Source of the DNA: a virus
DNA length: 64,000 bases
Virus record (IMG/VR): IMGVR_UViG_3300005288_000003
Coordinates: 1-64,000 of that record
Strand: one strand, 5' to 3'
Under the pieces are notes generated by a model that was given only the letters and a program-made list of their open reading frames with translations, made no database searches and was not told the origin of the DNA. The position numbers were made by a program, and so were the translations under genes. Below, in pieces: positions 9,227-18,732 of the stretch (positions within the stretch are counted from its first letter, which is position 1; each line of letters starts with the position of its first letter).

Positions 9227-9520
9227 TCAAAACTCAGGGTTGTCCTTTAAGAACTGCTCTGTTTGAGCCACGTTCTGTGGGCTCGGAGAGTCGTAGCCGG
9301 TCAGTTCCTTATATTTCTCGAACAGTTCCAGTGTAGCCTCTTCCTTCTCTTCGAAGGTGTTCTCTACGTGAAGCTTGGCGCTCTTCTGTACAAGGGAAAT
9401 ACCTTTGGTATCATGATCAGCTTCTTTGGCTTCGGCCTTGAGAGATTTTACATCTTCTTTGTGGGCCATTGCTGCAAGTTCCAGTGTTACAAACCTTTCA
9501 AACAATTCAGATTCTGTCAC
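9227..9520 (-). CDS. Putative GapR/T4 DsbA-like dsDNA-binding protein
   Basis: EDVKSLKAEAKE...DTK...EEKEEATLELFEKY resembles the GapR (DUF2312)/DsbA pattern. Confidence 0.5.
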   Translation of the reverse strand: MTESELFERFVTLELAAMAHKEDVKSLKAEAKEADHDTKGISLVQKSAKLHVENTFEEKEEATLELFEKYKELTGYDSPSPQNVAQTEQFLKDNPEF

Positions 9521-9753
9521 TCTTCTTCCTCTCCTTCGTCAAATTCAAAACCTTCTGCACAGTCAGAGACGCCGAGGCTATCCAGTGTGCATTCGTCTGG
9601 TACATTCAGTGTATCGTAATGGAAGCCATCACCGTCACTGAAATCGTCTGTATCCATTTCTTCCAACTTGCGAATGAACTCCGCGTTGAAAGTGTACTGC
9701 GGGTAGTAGCTACCATCGCCACCATTACCTACCAGAATGTATAGGGTCTTCAT
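9517..9753 (-). CDS. Acidic hypothetical protein
   Basis: RBS AAGGAG; coupled ORF. Confidence 0.65.
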   Translation of the reverse strand: MKTLYILVGNGGDGSYYPQYTFNAEFIRKLEEMDTDDFSDGDGFHYDTLNVPDECTLDSLGVSDCAEGFEFDEGEEEE

Positions 9754-9814
9754 TGTTGCTCCTTGTCAGGTTATCGAAGGGGGCACACTGTATAAGCTGT
9801 GCCCATGACTCGAA

Positions 9815-10822
9815 TCAGAATGGAACTTGATCTTCGAAGTCATCATCCGCTGGAGCGACCGGAGTAATGCCCTGAGCCTTCTCTTTTGGTGCTTCGCTAG
9901 CCTGTGGAGCTTTGCCGTCTTCCAACATGGCCGACAGCGGGCTGCCTGCGTAGTTGTTAGCACGCTTGATGGTGTTACGGACAGCAACACGGAGTTGCTT
10001 GACAGTATCAGCATCGTTATCGCTGTACAGGTTTACACCGTGCAGAATGCCTTCTGGAACTTCTGGCACTGGAACGCCTTCTGGAACCATACCGACCAGC
10101 TTGATGGATTCAGTGAAGAACTCGCCACCGCTCTTGCCCGGCTTCATGTACACTTGGAACTGGAACTGTGCTACCTTGCCCAGCAATTCACCGATACGAC
10201 CTTTGGTGAACAGACCGTTTGCATCGAGAATGCCTACAGCGTCAGCCAGCTTGTGGATGCCGTTGTTTTTGGCGAAAGCCCACACCGATTTGCCACCGCC
10301 GATGTCGTGCTTCATTTCCTTGATGTTGTACGGCTTGCCAACAACTTTGACCTTCTCACCCGGCAGAGTGAACTCACCGTTGAGTGGCAGACGCAGTGGC
10401 AGCGGGTTCGAGTTACCGAAGAACTGACCTTTGTCTACAGGGCATTGTGGGAAGTCAACCATGACCGCCAGTTGTTGCACAGGGTTTTGCACGTAACGCA
10501 GGCACTCAACACCATCGACCATTTCGAATCGAACGTTTTCACGCTTGGCGTAGTCGGCAATTACAACTGCCTTTTGTGCATCGCTACCGTCATACGCAGG
10601 GAACTTCTTGCGGAATTGCACGTCGGTTGTTTGGATCGCTGCATCTTCCAGATTCTGTTCACCGAGGTCGATCAGGCCCGAGATAACACCCGGAATCGAA
10701 CGAACCTTGCCACCACCAGCCGCTGCCACAACGTGTGCGTTCAGCTCATCCCACTTGACCGCTGGACGATTTCCGCCTTCGGTAGTGGTGTTGGTAGTAG
10801 TCACGAAAGTAAAACCAGTCAT
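9815..10822 (-). CDS. Putative single-stranded DNA-binding protein
   Basis: Acidic C-terminal tail DDDFEDQVPF; located in the replication module. Confidence 0.55.
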   Translation of the reverse strand: MTGFTFVTTTNTTTEGGNRPAVKWDELNAHVVAAAGGGKVRSIPGVISGLIDLGEQNLEDAAIQTTDVQFRKKFPAYDGSDAQKAVVIADYAKRENVRFEMVDGVECLRYVQNPVQQLAVMVDFPQCPVDKGQFFGNSNPLPLRLPLNGEFTLPGEKVKVVGKPYNIKEMKHDIGGGKSVWAFAKNNGIHKLADAVGILDANGLFTKGRIGELLGKVAQFQFQVYMKPGKSGGEFFTESIKLVGMVPEGVPVPEVPEGILHGVNLYSDNDADTVKQLRVAVRNTIKRANNYAGSPLSAMLEDGKAPQASEAPKEKAQGITPVAPADDDFEDQVPF

Positions 10823-10861
10823 TGTATTTCTCCTATCTAAATGCTCTCTATGAGCTTAAAT

Positions 10862-10877
10862 GGGGCCACGTGGCCCC
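10862..10877. repeat. Perfect 16-bp palindrome GGGGCCACGTGGCCCC (hairpin or operator)
   Basis: Self-complementary intergenic sequence. Confidence 0.7.
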
Positions 10878-10892
10878 GTGGGTTGGAAACTC

Positions 10893-11282
10893 TTACCGAA
10901 TTTCCTTTACAGGAGCGTATGCCATAATGATAACGCCCTCTTTCTTGCCGCCCATGAAGCTCTTGACTTCACGAGCGTATTCGCGATCCCGTGTGTTGAC
11001 CAATGACATGCCGTCAGCGTCTTGTACGGAATACAGATATTTGATACGAGCAGCTACATCTTTCTGCTCTTCGGTTTGTTCTGGAGTCGAAGCGTTCAGC
11101 TCTTCGTAATCGCGAGCAGTCAGCACTTGACCGATGCGGTGCATGCCGATCATGCCGGAGGCGTTCACAGCGCCTGCTTGGGCATCGTATGGCCCTTCGG
11201 CGGTAACGATCAGGCCGACAGGGAAGCCGTGGCCCCAATCATTAGCAGATGCGATGATGCGGATTTCACGTGGAAAATTCAT
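10893..11282 (-). CDS. Hypothetical protein
   Basis: AAGGAG RBS; GC-richer N-terminal half. Confidence 0.7.
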   Translation of the reverse strand: MNFPREIRIIASANDWGHGFPVGLIVTAEGPYDAQAGAVNASGMIGMHRIGQVLTARDYEELNASTPEQTEEQKDVAARIKYLYSVQDADGMSLVNTRDREYAREVKSFMGGKKEGVIIMAYAPVKEIR

Positions 11283-11292
11283 TCTTACTCCT

Positions 11293-11565
11293 TTATGCGA
11301 TTAGGTCAGAAATTCGGCTACGGACACGTGCGAGACGCGACAGCGATTCATTGGCTTCACCAATTTTGGTTGCCAGAACAGCGATAGCTTCTTGGTCAGC
11401 TACGATTTGCTCGTTTATGATGGTGTGAGCTGCGTCCAGTTTGGTGGTCGCTTCACTGAAAGCTTGAAGGGCGTCAGCCAGAACAACTTCATGGCTCTTG
11501 ACAGATTGCTTGGTGGTGAACATTCCATTGAACAGGCCAACAGATGGCTCGGTACGTGCAGTCAT
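11293..11565 (-). CDS. Coiled-coil hypothetical protein
   Basis: AAGGAG RBS; heptad pattern. Confidence 0.7.
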   Translation of the reverse strand: MTARTEPSVGLFNGMFTTKQSVKSHEVVLADALQAFSEATTKLDAAHTIINEQIVADQEAIAVLATKIGEANESLSRLARVRSRISDLIA

Positions 11566-11616
11566 TTCATTCTCCTTTGTAAGATGGGGCGGCATTTCTG
11601 CCGCCGGATGGGTAGT

Positions 11617-12048
11617 TTAAGCGGAAGGATGGTTCTTGTCAAGCCACGCTTTCAACTGTTTGCGAAGTTTTTTCACATCTTCAACGGTCAGTTCAATGGT
11701 CTGCGAACTGTCGAAATCGCCGTCGGAATCCAGCTCACCAGCGCCGATGTAGACGTGACCACGCATCGAGGTATCAACTTCGAGTACATCGTCGCAAGCA
11801 TCGGTGTAGAGGATTTCGGCCAACAGGTTTTCTTTCGGTGACTTTGGAGTAGCCAGTTTCAGATCGTTGGAGTTGTAGACGTTGGCGTTGCCGTTCGACC
11901 ATTTGACGCGGATAGGATGATCACTGGAACCATCGTGGCTCTGTACTTCACCAACCAGACCAGCTGGGTTGTACGAGTCACTCGAACCGTAATACTGGCT
12001 CGACTTCTTGATCTTTACAGAATCACCAACTTTCAATTGCTTAGCCAT
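11617..12048 (-). CDS. Hypothetical protein with SH3/KOW-like N-terminus
   Basis: LKVGDSVKI...G.V...IRVKW.NG; GGAGG RBS. Confidence 0.7.
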   Translation of the reverse strand: MAKQLKVGDSVKIKKSSQYYGSSDSYNPAGLVGEVQSHDGSSDHPIRVKWSNGNANVYNSNDLKLATPKSPKENLLAEILYTDACDDVLEVDTSMRGHVYIGAGELDSDGDFDSSQTIELTVEDVKKLRKQLKAWLDKNHPSA

Positions 12049-12093
12049 TTTATATCCTCCTAATGATTTATGTTTGTGTTGCTGAGAGGGGCC

Positions 12094-12121
12094 ATTCTAC
12101 ACGATCCTGACCCCTTGTCAA
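12094..12121 (-). promoter_or_regulatory. Promoter TTGACA-N16-TAGAAT(GGCC)
   Basis: Same motif at 18733-18760 and 22346-22373. Confidence 0.8.
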
Positions 12122-12130
12122 CAATTTATT

Positions 12131-14743
12131 TTAGTGACACGATGCCCATGAATTTCCAAGTATGTAGCCAGCAGTCAAGTCGATAGGCACCAACTCTGTG
12201 CTGTAGAACTGCCCTGCAAGCGATACAGCCTTCACAGCCAGCACACCCGCCTGACAGAACGCTACAAAATAGCCTCCACCTTTCGTAGCGTGGCTGATAT
12301 CAGACCATACACGGCCAGTGAGTTCGAAGTCTTTGTCCTTGAACGCCTGAGCCTCTTCCTTGGTTGCAAACCGTTTGAACGTCACTTCACTTGCAGACAC
12401 CTCAAGCTGTGCTTCGTCGTGGTACGCAATCATTTGCTGGCAGAACTTCTTATTTTTCCAGTCTTCCAAGAAGAAATCGACGGCTAGGCCGTTCTCTTTC
12501 AACAGAACGTCGTGAATGACCATTGCACGTTTGGCACAGATTACACCGCCCGATTGGAACAGGCTGTTTAGGATGGCGTGTGCAGAACGTGTTGGAACAC
12601 GACGCCCGTCAATCCCGATGATGTACTTCTTGCCATTCGCTTCCCACTCTTTCTGGAGCTGGTCTTTCAGGTGCTTGAGTGGGAATGCAGCATCCCAAAA
12701 CGCTTCAAACACTTGGTTGCCCGTTTGCAGGTCAGAACCAATGGTCTTGGCTACCTTAGCAGCTTGAGCGCCATATGTGCAACCGTACTTCACGTTCTTC
12801 GCTGGCGAACGACCAAACTCCCGACCGATGATAGCACTGATGGATTTCGCCATCATGGTGTGAACGTCAAACGGTTTGTCCAGCATCAACGACTTGCAGT
12901 ATGCCCGATCAGCAGCATCATAACGGTCGCAGTAGGCAGACTCGATACGCGCTTCCAGACTATCGAAGTCATACCCGATTTGGAAGTAGCCGTCAGAGAC
13001 GCCAAACAACGCTCTCAGCTCTTTCCCATACAGGCTGGTAACACGAGGCACGTTCGCCACCGAACGGTGCTTGAATCGGCTTGTAGCGGCTCCACAGGTG
13101 TCTGCCGGAGTTGGAATCCGACCATCTTCCCGCACGTTGCTAATGTAACCCTTTTCTGGCTCTTCGTCTGGATCATCCCAGTCAACACCACCACCGAGAA
13201 TCGAGTTACGTCGGTGTTTGAACGTTAGGTATTCAACCACGTCCTTAGCGAACGGGAAGCTTTCCGAGATACGTTCCAAGTCGGGACACATGTCCTTGTC
13301 TTGGCCCTTAGTAAAACTTGGATTACTAATAACTTTCAACCCACGACCACCACGTTCCAGCATGGCTTCAACCAGATTGCGATCAATTGGACGACGGTTA
13401 GGCCACAGATGTGCCAGACGATCATCACGGAACGCACTGTTCAGAGTCTGTTCAACATACCGCTCTACAGCTTCACGGAACTTGGTCGGGTCAAGCTTGT
13501 TCTTCTTGCTGTCAACCGTCAAGTCTTTTTCTTTGTACTCGCTCGGGTTCCAACCCAAAGACACCAGCCAGTTTTTGATGTGCGTGGTATCGTCAATGGT
13601 TGCATCCATTTCAGTGACCAACGGAACACCAGCTTGCAGCGGTAGAGAGTACACCTTGCCCAGCATTTCTACCGTGCGTGTTTCAGGATCGTATACGCCT
13701 TCGTGCTTGGCAATGAACTTCTCCATGTGAGCGGAGATTTCACCGTTCTTTTTGAACTGGGTTACAGGCGGTGTGTACGCCTTCATGAACACTTGAGTCG
13801 CTGGACGCTTCGGAAGCAACGGCTCTACTTTCACACGGCGCTCTTCCATCATCTTGTCCAATTCATCCAAGGCAATGTGAGCCTTTTCACGGTTGAAGTG
13901 GAAGCCCCGGTGTTCCTGTCGTGTGATGATTTCTGCGATGTTGTGTTCGAGCTTGATTGCACTCACCCACTTCATCAGTTCGTCACGGTTGTTCAGGTTC
14001 GGGCCAGCAGTCTTATGGTCGAGCTTGTTCTTGGTGCCATCCATCAAACCAAAGAACACTTCGGTGTTGGACTTAACGTCGAAAATACAGTAGTACAGCA
14101 TGTCAGCAGCGAAGTCACGGAAACGCAGATCGATGTGCATGTGCTTACGGAATGCGATCTTCTCGCTCGTACCACCAGAAGCCAGCTTCTCCAACGAGTG
14201 ACCGCCGTAGCGGTCAGGGTTCAAGCACTTAGACAACGGGAGTGTATCCCAAATTGCCAGCTTGTTACCGCCCCATGTATCACTGACAAAGGTCGTTAGA
14301 CCGCCGTCTCTAACTTCGTGACCAATGGTGAAATTGATCCCGTACATCAGCTTGATTGCCATCAAGTCGTAGCTGATTTGGTTGTGTGCTACCAGACGAC
14401 GGAACTTTGTCTTGAGGATGAACGCTTTCAGCTCAGACATCGGCTTGTGCGTGTACTCGACTGGAACGTAATTCGACAGCCAGTATTTCTCACCGTTGAT
14501 TTCTTCGTAGTGGTCCTGACCATCGAATTCGTACTTCGGTCCGTTGTGGAATGCTACGATTTCGCCAGTGAAATGGTTCTCGAATACAACACAGTGCATC
14601 GCGAAGTTGCCCTTCAACTTGTACGGGCTTGCCGTGTAGTCGATGGTGCGTTCGTTCAACAGGTCGTTTGCCTCGATGTCCCATGTCCAGTCGTCAGGGT
14701 GTGCGAATTTGTTAGGTTGAAATGGTGGTTTGATCAGGTTCAA
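12131..14743 (-). CDS. polA: Family A DNA polymerase with 3'-5' exonuclease
   Basis: WDIEAN, AHNQISYD, YCIFDV exo motifs; DFDSLEAR (A), RSPAKNVKYGCTYG (B), YHDE (C); probable TTG start at 14743 after AAAGGAG. Confidence 0.95.
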   Translation of the reverse strand: MNLIKPPFQPNKFAHPDDWTWDIEANDLLNERTIDYTASPYKLKGNFAMHCVVFENHFTGEIVAFHNGPKYEFDGQDHYEEINGEKYWLSNYVPVEYTHKPMSELKAFILKTKFRRLVAHNQISYDLMAIKLMYGINFTIGHEVRDGGLTTFVSDTWGGNKLAIWDTLPLSKCLNPDRYGGHSLEKLASGGTSEKIAFRKHMHIDLRFRDFAADMLYYCIFDVKSNTEVFFGLMDGTKNKLDHKTAGPNLNNRDELMKWVSAIKLEHNIAEIITRQEHRGFHFNREKAHIALDELDKMMEERRVKVEPLLPKRPATQVFMKAYTPPVTQFKKNGEISAHMEKFIAKHEGVYDPETRTVEMLGKVYSLPLQAGVPLVTEMDATIDDTTHIKNWLVSLGWNPSEYKEKDLTVDSKKNKLDPTKFREAVERYVEQTLNSAFRDDRLAHLWPNRRPIDRNLVEAMLERGGRGLKVISNPSFTKGQDKDMCPDLERISESFPFAKDVVEYLTFKHRRNSILGGGVDWDDPDEEPEKGYISNVREDGRIPTPADTCGAATSRFKHRSVANVPRVTSLYGKELRALFGVSDGYFQIGYDFDSLEARIESAYCDRYDAADRAYCKSLMLDKPFDVHTMMAKSISAIIGREFGRSPAKNVKYGCTYGAQAAKVAKTIGSDLQTGNQVFEAFWDAAFPLKHLKDQLQKEWEANGKKYIIGIDGRRVPTRSAHAILNSLFQSGGVICAKRAMVIHDVLLKENGLAVDFFLEDWKNKKFCQQMIAYHDEAQLEVSASEVTFKRFATKEEAQAFKDKDFELTGRVWSDISHATKGGGYFVAFCQAGVLAVKAVSLAGQFYSTELVPIDLTAGYILGNSWASCH

Positions 14744-14809
14744 TTCTCTCTCCTTTGTTGTGTCTAAAACGACGAAAGGGAGAGTACCGTAGTACCCTCC
14801 CATTGTCAA

Positions 14810-16777
14810 TCAGTATTGCGATTCACCGCCCCATTGCTGGTATTCAACAAAGCCTCGCTCTGCAAGGCCACGTCGAGAGCTACCACGAGAGCTTTCACGC
14901 TCTTCTTCTTTGGCAGCTTGACCAGCTTCGTACTCTGCTCGTGCTGCTGGGTTCTTAGTGAGGTAGTCTTCCAGATCGTACAAAGTGTGTTCCTTGTTCG
15001 CGTAGAAGTACTCCCCAGCCTTCGGCCCTGTGTTGCCAGTCCAACGACACTTAGTCATCTTCATGTACGTGATGTTACGTTCAATCTCGCACTCAGCTTC
15101 TTTGTTTCGTGTGAACAACAGGTTGCACGCACCAGACTTGAAGATCGAGCTAGAGCCTTGGAAGTCCTCTTCGAACAGGTCTGCACCCGCCGAGTTCTGC
15201 TTCCCGCCCTGACCACTCTTACGGACGTGGTTGATGTTGATGAACGTCACCTTGTGGCTCTTCACAAGCCCTTTCTGCCAACGCATGAATACCGCCTGCT
15301 CTTCGTTGCTCATACCGTCCAGAATGTCTTGTAGAGGGTCGAGGATGATCACCTTGCAATCGCAGGAAATGATCAGCTCCATCACTTTCTCTTTCAGGTC
15401 ATCCAAGCCACCATCACGTTCGTCCAGCAAATGCCAACGGTGCGAGCCGTCAGGATTGTAGGTAAGCTCTTGAACAGCAGCCTCGAACTCTGGTGTGTTC
15501 ATCAGGTCGATTTTGTACTGCATATCTTCGATCAGTTCGAGCTTCTGACCAATGTGGCGCGAAGCCATCTTGATACCGTACTCTGCACAATCCGATTCCA
15601 GCGATACAACACCCACCTTGTGAGGCGAGTGGAAAATCCAGAAGTAAACCATTTCATCGACGATGGTCGATTTGCCCGTACCCGATGCAGAACCAAGGTT
15701 GACAATCCGGCCAAGTGGAATACCACCAGCCATCATCTTCTGTACCTTGTGCATGAACGCTGGCAATGGAATCTTCGGAACTACAGCCGCTGCTTTCATC
15801 AGAGAGAGCAACGATCCAGAACCAACAATACCGTTTGGCGTGTATGGCTGGCAAGCGAAGAACTCGGTGATGAACAGCCCTTGCTTGGCTACTGCCTGAT
15901 TCTTGTCTTTGTCCCACATGTAGCTGTTTGGGTCTTTCAGGGACATTTCCATGATGTACGCTTTGCCCTTCGGCAATGCCTTGGCGATCTTCTCTGCCGC
16001 TTCACGTCCAGCCGCATCGTTGTCCATGCAGATGATAACACGATCAAATCGGTTGAAGAACTCGTACTGTCCAACTACTTGCTTGTAGGCGCCAGATTCA
16101 CCGATGGTTGGCGACACAACGAACGTTGATTCGAAGTCTTGCCCTTTCTTGGCGTTCTCTCTTGCTCGGAAGTCAGCCAACATCTGATACGCCGAAAGCT
16201 GGTCAACTTCGCCGCCTACGATCAGGATATCTCGACTACGCTTTTGCAGGAAACGCCACTGGCCGAACATATGACAGTCCTTACCAGTTTCACCAATCCC
16301 CGCGAAGTCCTTGGGAATCATTCGTTTCTTGTAGCCTGTCAGCTCAAACCCCATATCGTTTTCAGCTTCTTGCGTGCACGGATAAAGCTGAGCAGACACA
16401 TTACCAGTGGCACCGTCAATCTCGTGACGTACTCCAAAGAAGGTGGTCGTATCTTTTCGAATACCGCGATAGCCAAAGCTGTCGTTTGTGGTTTGGGCTT
16501 TCAGTTGCTCGTGAATATCTGCGTTGAACAAACTGCCCACTAGATCATACTCCTTTTCAACTACTACACCGTTTTCTTCAAGCCACTCTTCGGAAGGGAT
16601 GGTAAAACCACCGCACCCACCGAAGCAGTGCGCTCCCTTGTGACGACCGTCTCTGTCGGTGCCATACACCATCAGGTTGTCGCCGCTGTTGTCCATGCCT
16701 TTCGCCACGCACTTTGGACAAGCAACCTTGCCCTCGGTATACAGGTCAATACCGTACTTATCTGCTACATCTGACAC
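14810..16777 (-). CDS. T7 gp4-like primase-helicase
   Basis: N-terminal CPKC...HCFGGC Zn finger, Toprim GGEVD/MDNDAAG, Walker A ASGTGKST, ILDP, INHVRK. Confidence 0.93.
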   Translation of the reverse strand: MSDVADKYGIDLYTEGKVACPKCVAKGMDNSGDNLMVYGTDRDGRHKGAHCFGGCGGFTIPSEEWLEENGVVVEKEYDLVGSLFNADIHEQLKAQTTNDSFGYRGIRKDTTTFFGVRHEIDGATGNVSAQLYPCTQEAENDMGFELTGYKKRMIPKDFAGIGETGKDCHMFGQWRFLQKRSRDILIVGGEVDQLSAYQMLADFRARENAKKGQDFESTFVVSPTIGESGAYKQVVGQYEFFNRFDRVIICMDNDAAGREAAEKIAKALPKGKAYIMEMSLKDPNSYMWDKDKNQAVAKQGLFITEFFACQPYTPNGIVGSGSLLSLMKAAAVVPKIPLPAFMHKVQKMMAGGIPLGRIVNLGSASGTGKSTIVDEMVYFWIFHSPHKVGVVSLESDCAEYGIKMASRHIGQKLELIEDMQYKIDLMNTPEFEAAVQELTYNPDGSHRWHLLDERDGGLDDLKEKVMELIISCDCKVIILDPLQDILDGMSNEEQAVFMRWQKGLVKSHKVTFININHVRKSGQGGKQNSAGADLFEEDFQGSSSIFKSGACNLLFTRNKEAECEIERNITYMKMTKCRWTGNTGPKAGEYFYANKEHTLYDLEDYLTKNPAARAEYEAGQAAKEEERESSRGSSRRGLAERGFVEYQQWGGESQY

Positions 16778-16786
16778 GTTCCCTCC

Positions 16787-17044
16787 TTATGCAACCATTG
16801 GCCCCGGCCCATCGTCCTCTGGTTCAGGGTCTGGTGTTTTCAGCTTGTTTTCTGCCGCTTTCCGTGCGTACAGCCATTTGTATTGAACGCGCTCTTCTAC
16901 CGACAACGGGTGTGACAGTTGGTAGGTGTCGCCTTCATCCGATACGCTGAAAGGAATCAGATGCTCGCCCATTGCAGCGGTCATCAAGTCAGACAGGTTT
17001 GGATGTTTGAGGATCAGGACGTGGCCTTGCAGATCGCGAATCAT
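16787..17044 (-). CDS. Hypothetical protein
   Basis: Coupled ORF. Confidence 0.6.
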   Translation of the reverse strand: MIRDLQGHVLILKHPNLSDLMTAAMGEHLIPFSVSDEGDTYQLSHPLSVEERVQYKWLYARKAAENKLKTPDPEPEDDGPGPMVA

Positions 17045-17250
17045 GCGTCCACCTTTGGTGCCCATTCCATCATCAAAGCTGGAATCGTCAGCAGCAAGAT
17101 GCTATCAATGATTACCAGAATCACACCATTGACGGACAGGCCGAGGAATGCCATTGCAGCCAGCACACCGACCAACTCTTTGAAGACAACGATCATGACC
17201 ATCATCAGCAGCAAACCGAGGATGAAACTATTACGACCAAGCATTTCCAT
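17041..17250 (-). CDS. Membrane protein
   Basis: Two hydrophobic helices; AAGGAG RBS. Confidence 0.65.
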   Translation of the reverse strand: MEMLGRNSFILGLLLMMVMIVVFKELVGVLAAMAFLGLSVNGVILVIIDSILLLTIPALMMEWAPKVDA

Positions 17251-17251
17251 T

Positions 17252-17401
17252 TTACTCTCCTTTATGGCGATGTTTCTTTTTGCGACGGTACTTGGTACGG
17301 TCACGTTCTACCTTCGGGACGTTCACACGTCGGTTCGGTCCAGCTACAGGATTACGAGCCAAGAACCCGCATCCAGTGCCACCCATCTTTGTATTCGACA
17401 T
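17252..17401 (-). CDS. Small basic protein, ArfA-like
   Basis: RNPVA...PKVERDRTKYRRKKKH basic C-terminus. Confidence 0.45.
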   Translation of the reverse strand: MSNTKMGGTGCGFLARNPVAGPNRRVNVPKVERDRTKYRRKKKHRHKGE

Positions 17402-17561
17402 CGTATACGTCCTTTTCGTGTAGGTTTTCGATAAACACTCGCCACATTGCAGGGCCAGTCGGTACAGCAGACACATCGTAGCCGAGAGGATCGGTCCTGT
17501 CAAACAGTTTCTGCACGAACTCTTGCATCTGTGTTTGTAGGAAGGCTTCCGTCACACGCAT
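17352..17561 (-). CDS. Hypothetical protein
   Basis: ORF in a dense array. Confidence 0.55.
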   Translation of the reverse strand: MRVTEAFLQTQMQEFVQKLFDRTDPLGYDVSAVPTGPAMWRVFIENLHEKDVYDVEYKDGWHWMRVLGS

Positions 17562-17731
17562 CGCATTTCTCCAATAGCTTCGGTGAGGTAGGATTGTAGT
17601 TGTGCGGCTTGTTCCATGTCAAGCATTATCGTTTCCTGACTCCCATGTGTGCCGTCTACTGCAATGAACAGGCGGTTGTCGAGTGTGTGAACCACTTCAA
17701 TGCGGCGGTCGTCTGATGTGTCGATAATCAT
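17552..17731 (-). CDS. Hypothetical protein
   Basis: AAAGGAG RBS before ATG at 17731. Confidence 0.6.
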   Translation of the reverse strand: MIIDTSDDRRIEVVHTLDNRLFIAVDGTHGSQETIMLDMEQAAQLQSYLTEAIGEMRCV

Positions 17732-17753
17732 GTGTCTCTCCTTTCTTGAGGCG

Positions 17754-17783
17754 AAGAAAAGCCCCGCTGCATAAGCACGGGGC
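17754..17783 (-). terminator. Rho-independent terminator
   Basis: GCCCCG-TGCTTATGCAG-CGGGGC followed by TTTTCTT. Confidence 0.85.
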
Positions 17784-17795
17784 CATTCAATTGTT

Positions 17796-18075
17796 TGTCC
17801 TGTCACCGGCAGCTCGGGGCACTGTCAGGGTCGATAGAATAACACCACTCAACCTGAATCCGAGATTCGATAATCTTTTCGCTTTCGACGTTACGTGGCT
17901 AATAGATTAGTCGTTGACGTTTGAAGCTTTGCCCTTTCATCGTTGATCTTTGACCGTAGTCACCGCGACATTTATCAGAATGTTTGGTTTAAAAGACCAG
18001 TTCTTAATAGGCTCCGAGCTTCACAGCCGCTCGGAATAGCTGATTCTAGTGAAGACAGTTCACCGGAACAAGACA
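17796..18075 (-). ncRNA. Putative ~280-nt structured RNA with heptamer repeats
   Basis: ORF-free; 5' TGTCTTGT.CCGG pairs with 3' CCGG..ACAGGACA; internal hairpins; NNNAA(A/C)G array at 17868-17954. Confidence 0.7.
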
Positions 18076-18081
18076 TAAACT

Positions 18082-18696
18082 TTACACTTCTACTTTCGTA
18101 GTCGCGTTAACTTCCGACAGAGCGAAGTCCACTTCCAGAAGGAAGGCATCGATTTCGGCAGCCAGAGCATCAATGACCTTGGTCACGTCGCTTGGGTCAA
18201 GCACTTCTGCTTTGTTCTGAGCTTCGAACGGGCCAGTGATGGCTTTCAGTTCAGCTTCGTCAACCTTGCGGTCTTTACCCACAGCAGTGCGAATCAGGTC
18301 ATCCAGACGCTGTTGAACAGAAACGTTGGTACGTTCAACGAGGGCGATTTGCTGTGCCTGTTGTTGACGTAGTGTACCCAGCAGGGTCTGTTCCAGAGCG
18401 ATGGAGCTTTTACGCTCGATGGCTTCTGCTACAGTCTGAACCACACCAGCAATGGTCACGGTGGTCACAGCGTTCGAACGAACGATAGCTGCTTTCAGTG
18501 CCTTGCGTTGCTTGATCAGGTCTTGAACCGATTGGAGGTTTGCCTTCAAGATTTCAGAAATCTCTTGAGCTGGTTTGCCAGATGGGTGCTTACCGCCAAC
18601 TACGTTGGAAATGAATGCCTGAGCTGTGGTCCGTGCAATACGGTCGTTCAGGGATTTGACTTGTGCCAAAGCACGAGTTACGGAAATCTGTGTCAT
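18082..18696 (-). CDS. 204-aa coiled-coil protein (DIP1984/septicolysin-like)
   Basis: MT.ISVTRALAQVKSLNDRI...LKAAIVRSNA.T...TVAEAIE...EVDFALSEVNATT; strong RBS. Confidence 0.75.
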   Translation of the reverse strand: MTQISVTRALAQVKSLNDRIARTTAQAFISNVVGGKHPSGKPAQEISEILKANLQSVQDLIKQRKALKAAIVRSNAVTTVTIAGVVQTVAEAIERKSSIALEQTLLGTLRQQQAQQIALVERTNVSVQQRLDDLIRTAVGKDRKVDEAELKAITGPFEAQNKAEVLDPSDVTKVIDALAAEIDAFLLEVDFALSEVNATTKVEV

Positions 18697-18732
18697 TGTC
18701 TTTCTCTCCTTTGTTTGTCTTTGTATTGGGCC

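Noticed and set aside
12131-16777. Introns or inteins in polymerase, helicase, NrdA or terminase
   Set aside because: The frames are continuous, lengths are normal and no intein splice motifs were seen.
17868-17954. Heptamer array as CRISPR or a simple microsatellite
   Set aside because: Units are too short for CRISPR, and only AA(A/C)G is conserved while the other positions vary, unlike slippage repeats.
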